A stretch of 64,000 nt of DNA from Nitrososphaerota archaeon. GTDB lineage: Archaea > Thermoproteota > Nitrososphaeria_A > Caldarchaeales > Caldarchaeaceae. The notes beneath the pieces are model-generated. The model saw nothing but the letters and a program-made list of their open reading frames with translations, did no database searches and was not told the origin of the DNA. Positions 1 to 8,525 of the stretch are shown one piece after another (positions within the stretch are counted from its first letter, which is position 1; each line of letters opens with the position of its first letter). Location of the stretch: the NCBI GenBank assembly GCA_041641305.1, contig JBEPYN010000001.1, positions 448,001 through 512,000 of the forward strand, read 5' to 3'. Made by a program: the position numbers and the translations under genes.

Positions 1-348
1 CTTAGTCACCAAATTTTTCATTAAATTGAAGTAGTTGTCGATGCTTTTATTTTTACGAGGTCCCTGTCTTGCATGTTGATAGGTAGTTATGTAACTTAGC
101 TTAACTAACCCCCTCTTTAACTCAGTTATCTGTTCCCGAGGGACGGTATCGGCATATGCTCTGAGACTGGCGGCCAGCTTGTTCAACCTTATCAGCTCTG
201 AATGAATTCTTCTCAACTGGTGTTCGGCGAAATTCTCTCTAACTAACCCCTCCCCCAAGAATTTACCTACCTCATCTATCAAAGACGGTTCGTTTTGTAG
301 CTGTGTTAAATCTGGATTTTTTACAAAGTCTATTTTCCCTGAACTCAT
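1..348 (-). CDS. csm2: Type III-A CRISPR small subunit Csm2 (Cas11), 3' end runs off window
   Basis: Not in ORF track; manual translation from ATG at 348 (ATGA overlap with cas10 stop) is open to the window edge: MSSGKIDFVK...EHQLRRIHSELIRL...LVKLSYITTYQHARQG...; helical, with QLRR and Y..AR motifs typical of Csm2, directly after cas10. Confidence 0.8.
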   Translation of the reverse strand, partial: MSSGKIDFVKNPDLTQLQNEPSLIDEVGKFLGEGLVRENFAEHQLRRIHSELIRLNKLAASLRAYADTVPREQITELKRGLVKLSYITTYQHARQGPRKNKSIDNYFNLMKNLVTK

Positions 349-2720
349 GCTACCACCTCTTTTCTAGTGTATTTTTCCACGAGCCATGTTAGGGCTCTCA
401 TCATGGGGAATAATATTGTAAGCTCTTGTAGATATGTCTTTTCTAGCTGGTCTAGTCTCTGGCTAGCCCTTCTCTCCTCTTCCTTGGCCATGTGTTTTGA
501 CAAGACGTATTTCAGCCTATGTCTCGTCACCGACCAGTAGTGCTCCACTGAATACTCTGTGAAAAGTTGTTCGAGTTTGAAGATAAGCGCCCTCGAGACC
601 TCTCCTTTTTTAATCCCATTCGACAACTGGTGAGCTACCTTTAGTAGGTCTTTGAATACGTTCCAGCCAATGACCTCGCCCTCACAAGATATGCAGTTCT
701 TTCTCTTTTTCGCTTCCGCCATCAAGTTGTCAAGCGTCTCTGTGGCAACCTTGACAGGGGTTTTCGGGTCTTCGACCAAGAGGGCGCAGCTCATCGTCGG
801 CCTTTTGGTTCCGAAGCATTTCCTGATTTCGGTTTCAAGGACCTCGGAAAATTCGACAACTTCGTTCCATGGACCAATGATTAGAAGGTCATCCCCACCA
901 GAGTAAATTAGGTATAGGTTGTTTGTCCTTGTCCCGGTTTTATCTAGGCGTGTTTTTCTCACCAGCTGCTCTACCACCCCCTCCATAACTATGGAGACAA
1001 GCTGGGAAACCGTGGACAGGACAGAGAATCTGTCGGCCCTGTCTCTTATAAGAGAGCCCATGCCGTCCAAGTCAAGGCGTAGGTAACCGATCTCGGCGGA
1101 CCCCTCTGAGCTAGAGGCTAGGTCGTCGAAGGACATTATCTGGCCGTCTCCGGTTAGTGGGGCCCATTGGGGCATGAACATGAAGCCAACCGATATGGGG
1201 AGTTTTCCTATTTGGTTGCTGATGTGGTTGATTATTTCGGTGAGGTTAGTGTCGTTGATTATTTTGACGGAAACAAGCCTGAGGCTTTTTTGTTTATCTT
1301 CTAAGAATCGGAGGAAAGTCGCTAGTTCCTCTTTTTTCTCGGCAAGGTAGTAGCTGATGCTTAGGCCGTCAGTGGTGAAGTTGATCACGTCCTGCCAATC
1401 GTCTAGGTTTTCGATTTCTGCATCCTGCGTCCATATCTCTACGAGGTACTTGGACTTTGTTATTCTTCGTCCAAGGTCGGCTAGCCCGTAGCAAATTGAG
1501 CATACTCTTAGGCCCTCCTCACCCTCGCCAATCATCTTAGCCTTCCCCTCGTCCTCGATGTATATCCCGCATGATTCGCAGACCATGTTCTCCTTTTCGA
1601 TTCTTTCCCCGAACAGGGTATCGTAAAACTCGGAGAGCAGCTCCTTGAAAGCGTTTTCCTTTCTTTTCTTCAAGTCTTCATGGGCCTCGTTTATTTTTTG
1701 CTTTAACAATTCCCAGGTCTTCTTTTGACCGGTGCCTGTTGATGGTTCTCCGAGATTTACGTCGGCGAAGCCTATGTATAGTCTGAGGGAGCCTTTGTGT
1801 CTCTTCAACAGGAATCGGTTTATTTCTTTCACTAGCTCGGTTTTTGCGCTGCTGTATAGGGTTGGGGAGATTATCATGAAGTGTCCTCCTCCTGAGTAGA
1901 TGAGGTTGAATGGCGGTAGTCTGAGTTTGATTAGGAGGTGTTTGGCGACGGCGTCGGATAGGAAGGAGATGTATGCGCTTCTTCCTTTCAGTGATTTTAG
2001 GGCTTGTTTGTAGACTCTTTGGCCGTAGACGAATCGTTGGATGCCTCCTATGTCTCCAACTATTATTGTGAAGGATTTTTTCTGGCTTCTTTTGAAGCAG
2101 ATGGAGAGGGCGGCTGTTAGCCTTGAGTGTTCGTATAGGGAGTTGGTTGGCTCCTTTTCTACGGCTGGCGCGGATGGGACGAGAAAGAGCTCCTTTCTCA
2201 ACAGCTCTGAGAGACTGGCGATGTATGGTAGCGTGTTTCCCATATTGTAAAGTCTTTCTATTGATTGCATGCCTTCTTCGAGCTCGTTTGCAATCTCTAT
2301 GTATTCTACGATTCCTGCTTCTGCTTGGCTGGATGGATAAAATAGGGTGAGGTCTCCGATGCTAAGTCTTCTAGCTGGGTAGTAAACCTTCTCGTCCGGG
2401 TCTGCTAAGGGGGATTTTAGGGGTCTGTGGAGTGGGTAATAGATTTGGCCAGTCTCCTCGCTTCTTTCCATTTCTCTTTCACCAGCTGATGCGTGGTCGG
2501 CTTCTATGAGTAGTCGCAGTAGTGGGTCGTCTCCTCCCTCATGATGTCCTTCGACCAGCCGAGATACATTTTCAGCGGTCGTATAATCTGGAATGTGTTC
2601 TTTTACAAAGTTTGCTGAGAGTCTTTCATGTTTAACGTGGTTACCGGCTCTCTGTAACACTTTTCCGATGTCGTGGAGTAGAGATGCGAGGGAGAGGATG
2701 ACCTCGTCGGTATCTAACAA
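345..2720 (-). CDS. cas10: Type III-A CRISPR Cas10/Csm1 (HD nuclease + Palm cyclase domains)
   Basis: LLHDIGK HD motif, GDIGGIQRFV, YSGGGHF, CESC..CSIC Zn finger, LRLDLDGMG, YSGGDDLLIIG; adjacent to array. Confidence 0.96.
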   Translation of the reverse strand: MLDTDEVILSLASLLHDIGKVLQRAGNHVKHERLSANFVKEHIPDYTTAENVSRLVEGHHEGGDDPLLRLLIEADHASAGEREMERSEETGQIYYPLHRPLKSPLADPDEKVYYPARRLSIGDLTLFYPSSQAEAGIVEYIEIANELEEGMQSIERLYNMGNTLPYIASLSELLRKELFLVPSAPAVEKEPTNSLYEHSRLTAALSICFKRSQKKSFTIIVGDIGGIQRFVYGQRVYKQALKSLKGRSAYISFLSDAVAKHLLIKLRLPPFNLIYSGGGHFMIISPTLYSSAKTELVKEINRFLLKRHKGSLRLYIGFADVNLGEPSTGTGQKKTWELLKQKINEAHEDLKKRKENAFKELLSEFYDTLFGERIEKENMVCESCGIYIEDEGKAKMIGEGEEGLRVCSICYGLADLGRRITKSKYLVEIWTQDAEIENLDDWQDVINFTTDGLSISYYLAEKKEELATFLRFLEDKQKSLRLVSVKIINDTNLTEIINHISNQIGKLPISVGFMFMPQWAPLTGDGQIMSFDDLASSSEGSAEIGYLRLDLDGMGSLIRDRADRFSVLSTVSQLVSIVMEGVVEQLVRKTRLDKTGTRTNNLYLIYSGGDDLLIIGPWNEVVEFSEVLETEIRKCFGTKRPTMSCALLVEDPKTPVKVATETLDNLMAEAKKRKNCISCEGEVIGWNVFKDLLKVAHQLSNGIKKGEVSRALIFKLEQLFTEYSVEHYWSVTRHRLKYVLSKHMAKEEERRASQRLDQLEKTYLQELTILFPMMRALTWLVEKYTRKEVVA

Positions 2721-2746
2721 CTTAATTTATCGATTATGTAAGGGGT

Positions 2747-2760
2747 CATATAACTCTTTA
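2747..2760 (-). promoter_or_regulatory. Putative BRE/TATA promoter of cas10 operon
   Basis: Minus strand TAAAGAGTTATATG about 27-33 nt upstream of TTG start (leaderless spacing). Confidence 0.5.
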
Positions 2761-2946
2761 GCCGTTCACATCGCTGCACCATCGTAAAGTTGTTGCAAAT
2801 AGTGGAGTTTTGGAGGTTTGAGTCGGTAACTGTGAAACATTTACGGAGGGGCTGGTGGCTAAATTGATAGAGGGACAGCGTGCATGAAGTTGTTTGCTAT
2901 ACTTTCAATGAAAGCTCACAAGTATTCGGCCCCAGCATAGAAACCA

Positions 2947-3856
2947 CTTTCCATCCTCTTTTCATTGACAGTGACAATTCATTTGGAGAATTGCGGCATC
3001 ATCGAAATTGACACCTTTCCATCCTCTTTTCATTGACAGAGAAACACCATCAAAAGAATACTCCTACCCGCCGAATACTACTTTCCATCCTCTTTTCATT
3101 GACAGTTCAACTTTTACGGCGAGATAGTGGCGTTCACAGTGGCCTTTCCATCCTCTTTTCATTGACAGTAACTTTTTTTGAAATGTTGAGAGTGTTATGC
3201 ATAAATTGTAAGAGCTTTCCATCCTCTTTTCATTGACAGGTAGCTAAGATGCTGTTGGGTGAAGCATGAATGGGGGGGTTGTTAGTCTTTCCATCCTCTT
3301 TTCATTGACAGCCGGAGGGTGGTGGGACGCCCTCCAGCACCTCTCCAAATGTCTTTCCATCCTCTTTTCATTGACAGTCTAATTTGCTACCAATGGGTGA
3401 ATGGCAGATATGTATACTTTCCATCCTCTTTTCATTGACAGGGCTGGGCAGGTTTACGCGAACAGTATCGAAGAGGTCTACGCCAACTTTCCATCCTCTT
3501 TTCATTGACAGAGGGTTGCGAAGCCTAAGCGTTGCCCAAAATGCATGAGGTGGTTGAACTTTCCATCCTCTTTTCATTGACAGGTTTACCGAAGTAACAG
3601 TGGTTTAGTGTATATGTATCTATATCTTTCCATCCTCTTTTCATTGACAGTTAACCGACATCATGAACGCGCTTAACACTTTGCAGACGAAGACTTTCCA
3701 TCCTCTTTTCATTGACAGTTTCTCTCGCCAGCCGCCTCAACCTCGACAAAGACTTCTGGATAATCTTTCCATCCTCTTTTCATTGACAGAACCAGAAGCT
3801 TGACAAGATTTCTTGGGCAATGGTTGAGAGACTTTCCATCCTCTTTTCATTGACAG
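2947..3856 (-). CRISPR. CRISPR array, 14 identical 25-bp repeats and 13 spacers (38-47 nt); crRNA-sense repeat CTGTCAATGAAAAGAGGATGGAAAG
   Basis: Plus-strand CTTTCCATCCTCTTTTCATTGACAG at 2947, 3015, 3081, 3144, 3215, 3287, 3353, 3417, 3487, 3559, 3626, 3694, 3765, 3832; minus orientation inferred from GAAAG 3' end (8-nt tag ATGGAAAG), leader TATA on right and degenerate repeat on left. Confidence 0.98.
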
Positions 3857-3960
3857 TGTGCCTGATTTCCGGAAATTTCAGGGAATTGGGTGATTTTGTC
3901 GGGTGAGGGTGTCGGGCGACGAATTTTTGGAGCCTCTATTTAAGTTCTACGTGTGTCTAC
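3857..3960 (-). promoter_or_regulatory. CRISPR leader with TATA box (CTTAAATA on minus, 3937-3944)
   Basis: Non-coding, TATA-like element facing the array, palindrome next to first repeat. Confidence 0.6.
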
Positions 3961-4145
3961 GCCAATCCTCGGAAGCGGACCTATGCTAAAAGAAAAAACA
4001 CAGCCAAAACCCTTGGTTCATCACCTCCTCGACAAAAAATCGCGAAAGCCATCCCTGCGGCACACGTCTACCACCTTGGGCAAACCCCCAAATAAACACA
4101 ACAATCATATATAACCTCATCTCAAAAACACCGGAAACAAACAAA

Positions 4146-5045
4146 ATGATAATCCTCTATGACCTCATAGCCGAATGCAGCGACGATAAACTACTCATGA
4201 CAAGCCTCCCAACAGCCAGACTCAGAGGCCTCCTCGGACAATGCATAAAAGTCTACTCAAAAACCCACAACCTAAAACTCTACGAAAACTTCTTCAAACC
4301 CAGAAGAGGGATGGTGGGAAGGGACATTGCCAGAAAAATACCTACACCCAAACCCTACATAATCAACCCCCCAACACTACTCCACAGAGACACAATTCAG
4401 TTCAGACTCACTGTATTCGGACACGCCAACCAGCTCATGCCCCACATCCTCAAAGCAATAAAAAAAGAACACGGCAAACTGCAACTATTAGAAGCAACAA
4501 TAATAAACGACGTAACAGGCGAAAAATGGGAAATCACCGACGACGAAAAAAGAACACAACAACACGCAATAACATACCAAATGCTCCTCCAAAACACAAG
4601 ACAACACATCGAAGACAGAGAGAACTTAGACATAACACTGATGTTCCTCACACCCGTAAGACTAACCCGCGACGGCTCAGACATCAAACCCAACCAGCTA
4701 AAACCATCCGACCTCATACGCTTCGCAGCCCGACGCCTCTTCCTACTAGACTACCTATACTACTCAGCTGGTAGAACACTGCCCTTCAAGCTATCACCAG
4801 AAACCGTGAAAAAACTCACGGAATGCGCAGACTCCACAACCAATATAGAAACAACACTCAGCGAAAAAATCCTCAACCTCAAGCAAAAAACAAAAACACT
4901 CACCGGAAAACTCAAACTCAAAATCCAACATAAAGGAGAGGAGACGCTAAAGGCAGTCTTCCTGCTAAAAGCATGCGAATACCTAGGCATAGGAAAACAC
5001 ACAGCATACGGACTGGGAAAATACACACTAACATACAGCACATGA
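4146..5045 (+). CDS. cas6: CRISPR-associated endoribonuclease Cas6
   Basis: C-terminal G-rich loop YLGIGKHTAYGLGKY, N-terminal LRGLLG, PKPYII and FLTPVRL RAMP motifs; TATA (TATATAA 4108-4114) upstream. Confidence 0.9.
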   Translation: MIILYDLIAECSDDKLLMTSLPTARLRGLLGQCIKVYSKTHNLKLYENFFKPRRGMVGRDIARKIPTPKPYIINPPTLLHRDTIQFRLTVFGHANQLMPHILKAIKKEHGKLQLLEATIINDVTGEKWEITDDEKRTQQHAITYQMLLQNTRQHIEDRENLDITLMFLTPVRLTRDGSDIKPNQLKPSDLIRFAARRLFLLDYLYYSAGRTLPFKLSPETVKKLTECADSTTNIETTLSEKILNLKQKTKTLTGKLKLKIQHKGEETLKAVFLLKACEYLGIGKHTAYGLGKYTLTYST

Positions 5046-5479
5046 ACAACCCAAACAACATATGCGACATCTATCCACCTTCCCGCAGCCATAAACCAAC
5101 TTTGAGTCACGTTTTGCTCAATTCGCTACCCCAATATTCTTTTCTACACACCTACAGCTAAGACATAGCACCTATAAACAGCCCACTAGTCAAAACTCCC
5201 AATGCCAAGCGTTTACATCTGTAGAGAAGGGGTGGGAGTATGCCTGCCCCGAAAACGGAGTCCCCAATATTATCCAGCTCTGTAAAACACTCTACCCATT
5301 TTTATCAATCCCTTTTGCCTTGTGGCTTATCTTCTCTCCCTCCTCTGGCTCTCGAGGCCTTTCTACGGTTCTGTCTAGTGGCTTTTCGGGTCTTGATGGT
5401 GGTTGCTTATAAGGCTTATGGCCTACTGTTACTTCCCCTTCTTGATGATGTCCTGCTGGGGGAGGGTTGATGGGAGGCT

Positions 5480-5960
5480 CATATGTAGAGGCTCTGAGGG
5501 AGTCTAGAGAACCAGTTGTTAGACTCTACTGGGGTTAAGGCCCATAGGGCGGGATCATGGCTGGGGAGGAGATACGGTAAGAGGGGGAGGTATGTTAGGA
5601 TGCATGTAGCTGTAGATGCTAGGACTGGTGAGATAATAGACGTGGAGGTTTCCAGGGATGGTGTTCATGACTCTGAGATGGCTAGGTCCTTCTAGAAGAT
5701 CAGCTGCTAGGATGATGAGGGACCTAGGATACGACTTATGGAGGAGGATAATGGTAGGAGGTGGATGGCTGAGACAGCCATATCGGTATTCAAGTCGATA
5801 TTCTGCGAAGAGATACTATCAAAGAAGCCTAGATGGATGAGCATAGAGATAGTACATAAAACGTTCATATACAACCTCCTCCTGAACGCTGCGTAACACA
5901 AGACACAGGAAAACCAGCGGGAAAAGAGGGCATAGAACCAAAGAAATTAGGCCACAACGC
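5480..5960 (+). mobile_element. Decayed IS5-family transposase pseudogene with probable right end
   Basis: Fragments DSTGVKAHRAGSWLGRRYGKRGRYVRMHVAVDARTGEIIDVEVSRDGVHDSEMARSF* then RMMRDLGYDLWRRIM/GRRWMAETAISVFKSIFCEE...FIYNLLLNAA* (stop 5894-5896) in shifting frames; TIR-like AATTAGGCCACAACGC near 5946-5960. Confidence 0.85.
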
Positions 5961-6020
5961 ATATTTTTTCTAAAGCTTATATAGCTTGATGTGGTAGTGT
6001 TTACGCTGGTGGGCTGAATA

Positions 6021-6233
6021 ATGGATCATCAGCATAATTTGGATAATTTCTTTCCTGAGAAGGTTTTTGAGAGTGTTGAGGCTTGTAAGGTCTATGAGGC
6101 TACGGGGACGCTGAGGCTTAAGGTGAGTAAGAAGGTCTGGAAAGCGTTTAACATCCCAGATAAGGCTGTTGTAAGGTGTAGGGCGTTTAAAAGCAGGTAT
6201 GATACCACTGCCGCCCTCAGGCTACCTGTTTGA
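6021..6233 (+). CDS. Small hypothetical protein, AbrB/MazE-like swapped-hairpin signature (possibly N-terminal part of a frameshifted gene)
   Basis: TGTLRLKVSKKVWKAFNIPDKAVVRC pattern; TATA-like CTTATATA near 5976-5983. Confidence 0.45.
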   Translation: MDHQHNLDNFFPEKVFESVEACKVYEATGTLRLKVSKKVWKAFNIPDKAVVRCRAFKSRYDTTAALRLPV

Positions 6234-6513
6234 GAACGGTTTCATGGAGTATAGTGATGGAGAAAATAATGGTCAGAGGCGTTTATTTATCGACTTATGG
6301 GTTGAGGACGGCATCCTATGCACGTCTTATAAGCCTGACGAGGAATATGACCATTACGAGAATACACCGAGCTTTAAAGCGCCGAATTATGGGAAAGGTA
6401 TAGGCTTCTGCGCAAGATGCCAAGGAGGATACATTCTCGAATACTCTCCCAAATGCCCAATTCACGGTATAAAACTAAGAACAAAACCAAGAAAAAAGAA
6501 ACAAACAACATAA
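6199..6513 (+). CDS. Hypothetical protein with C-terminal zinc finger and basic tail
   Basis: FCARC...KCPIHGIKLRTKPRKKK; overlaps upstream ORF by 35 nt in +1 frame. Confidence 0.6.
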   Translation: MIPLPPSGYLFENGFMEYSDGENNGQRRLFIDLWVEDGILCTSYKPDEEYDHYENTPSFKAPNYGKGIGFCARCQGGYILEYSPKCPIHGIKLRTKPRKKKQTT

Positions 6514-6555
6514 TTAGGGCATTATTGTGATATTTAATTTTGGCTTCATGTAACG

Positions 6556-8439
6556 GTGGCTGGGTTGAGGAGGCTTCTCGACGAGGTTGGCAAGCTCTTG
6601 CTAGACGCTGGCGTGGAGCAGCCCAGGGTGTCGATGGCGAAGGATGCGAGGTTCGGCGACGTCTCATCCTCGGATGCTTTCGACTTGGCTAAGAAGACGG
6701 GGAAAAAGCCCGTCGATGTAGCGAAGGAAATCGTTAATCGGATAGACTTGTCGAAGGCTGTTTACGTTGATAGGGTTGAGGTGGCGGGTGCCGGTTACAT
6801 CAACTTCCACGCCCGCTGGCCCCGGCTCGCATCAGATATGTTGGCAGAGGCGTGCGAAAAGGGGAGAAGCTATGGCGAAACCAGCATAGGCGGCGGCCAG
6901 TATGTCTTGGTCGAACACACGAGCGTAAACCCTAACAAAGCCCTTCACATAGGACACGCACGCAACGTCTGCCTCGGCGACAGCCTCGCACGGCTGCTGA
7001 AAAAGAATGGGTACCGCGTTGCTGTGGCCAACTACATAGACGACAGCGGTGTGCAGATGGCTGAGCTACTTCTTGCATTCAAGCACCTCGGCTACAGCAT
7101 GGAGCCGCCTATAGGGCAGAAGTTCGACGAATACTGCGGCGGAGTCTACACGGAGGTAAGTAGGCGAATTGAGGCTGACCCGGAGCTTGAGGCTTTGAGG
7201 CGGCGGCTGGCTGCCCAGCTTGAGGACCCCGGGTCGGAGACGTCGCAGCTTAACAGGCAGGTTGTAGACCGTGTCTTGATGGAGCAGCTGAGGACATGCT
7301 GGCGCCTCGGAGCACGGTATGATGTGTTGAACAAGGAGAGCGACATCCTGCTTTTCGACCTGTGGTCGGAGGTTTTCAAACGGCTTAGGGAAAAGGGTGT
7401 GCTCTATGTTGCACAGGATGGGCCTAAGAAAGGCTGCTGGCTATTCGACCTTAGCGGCCACCCGAAGCTGAGCAAAGAAGGCGACGAGGTTGTGGTCAAG
7501 AGCGACGGCTCGACAACATATGTCGCGCGCGACTTTGGGTATGCTGCTTGGAAGCTCGGGCTGTTGGACAAGGACTTCCGCTACAGGCTTCTCACAAAAA
7601 ACCCCGACACCACGCCCGTATACATAACCGACCGCAACGGAGCAGAGACCCACAAATTCGGAAACGCATCCTTCACGATAAACGTTGTTGATGTTCGACA
7701 GAAGAGGCCGCAGGAGATTGTACGCTATGCGCTGGAGAAGCTTGGAGCCGACCCCTCAAGATACATCCACTACGCATACGAGGTTGTTTCGCTCAGCAAA
7801 GCAGACGCCGAGAGGCTCAACCTCAACGTCGGAGAACGTGGATTCGTCCACATGAGCGGCAGAGGCGGAATCTACGTAAACGTCGACCCGCTTCTCGACT
7901 ATGTTAAACAGAAGGCCGCTGAAGGAGCCCGGCAAAGACATCCTGACTGGAGTGAAAGCCATGTCTCCGAAGTCGCTGAAAAAATAGCGGTCGCCGCCAT
8001 AAGATACTTCCTCATACGAGCAGACCCGGATAAGATGATTGTTTTCGACAGCGAAGAAGCCTCAGACATCGAGGGCGACACAGGCCCCTACATTCAGTAT
8101 GCATACGCGAGGGCTACAAGGATAATTGAGAAGGCCGACGCCCAGCCCAACCCCCGCAACCCTCCGTCAACACTTGACGCAAAAGAAATAGCGCTCATCA
8201 AACAAATAGGGATGCTCTCACTCGTCTATGAAGAAGCGGCGAGAAACCTTTCGGTCAAAAGAATAGCCACATACCTGAGGGAGCTCTCCTTTGCCTTCAA
8301 CGATTTTTACGAAAACTGTCCAGTTCTCTCCGCTGAAGAGGATGTCAAGGTTTTCAGGCTGGCGTTGGTAGAGGCGTTCAGGTCGGCTGTTTCCTCGGCA
8401 GCGGACGCCGCTGGTATTCCCCTGCTCGAGGAAATGTAG
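6556..8439 (+). CDS. argS: Arginine--tRNA ligase
   Basis: VEHTSVNPNKALHIGHARN, MSGRGG, GDTGPYIQYAYAR, DALR-like C-terminus. Confidence 0.97.
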   Translation: MAGLRRLLDEVGKLLLDAGVEQPRVSMAKDARFGDVSSSDAFDLAKKTGKKPVDVAKEIVNRIDLSKAVYVDRVEVAGAGYINFHARWPRLASDMLAEACEKGRSYGETSIGGGQYVLVEHTSVNPNKALHIGHARNVCLGDSLARLLKKNGYRVAVANYIDDSGVQMAELLLAFKHLGYSMEPPIGQKFDEYCGGVYTEVSRRIEADPELEALRRRLAAQLEDPGSETSQLNRQVVDRVLMEQLRTCWRLGARYDVLNKESDILLFDLWSEVFKRLREKGVLYVAQDGPKKGCWLFDLSGHPKLSKEGDEVVVKSDGSTTYVARDFGYAAWKLGLLDKDFRYRLLTKNPDTTPVYITDRNGAETHKFGNASFTINVVDVRQKRPQEIVRYALEKLGADPSRYIHYAYEVVSLSKADAERLNLNVGERGFVHMSGRGGIYVNVDPLLDYVKQKAAEGARQRHPDWSESHVSEVAEKIAVAAIRYFLIRADPDKMIVFDSEEASDIEGDTGPYIQYAYARATRIIEKADAQPNPRNPPSTLDAKEIALIKQIGMLSLVYEEAARNLSVKRIATYLRELSFAFNDFYENCPVLSAEEDVKVFRLALVEAFRSAVSSAADAAGIPLLEEM

Positions 8440-8525
8440 CAAGAAAATATCCAGACAAAGAACCCTGAATAGTTTGCGGAGTGGTTGTGGAGCCTGCTCG
8501 AGCCATATGTCCGTTCAAGAGCCAG

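Noticed and set aside
3033-3577. ORFs 3033-3236 and 3368-3577
   Set aside because: Translations of CRISPR repeats and spacers
3719-3831. Adjacent spacers share an LDKxxW-like pattern (NLDKDFW / KLDKISW)
   Set aside because: Too short and divergent to separate from chance without protospacer hits
2972-3831. Self-targeting of genes in this window
   Set aside because: No convincing spacer match seen by eye; not computationally excluded
4241-4774. 177-aa alternate-frame ORF inside cas6
   Set aside because: Artefact of T-poor composition suppressing stop codons; low-complexity product
5240-5470. 76-aa ORF upstream of IS relic
   Set aside because: No recognisable motif; probably decayed mobile DNA
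6186-6192. TTTAAAA as programmed -1 frameshift site
   Set aside because: Heptamer is out of phase and the downstream ORF is +1, not -1
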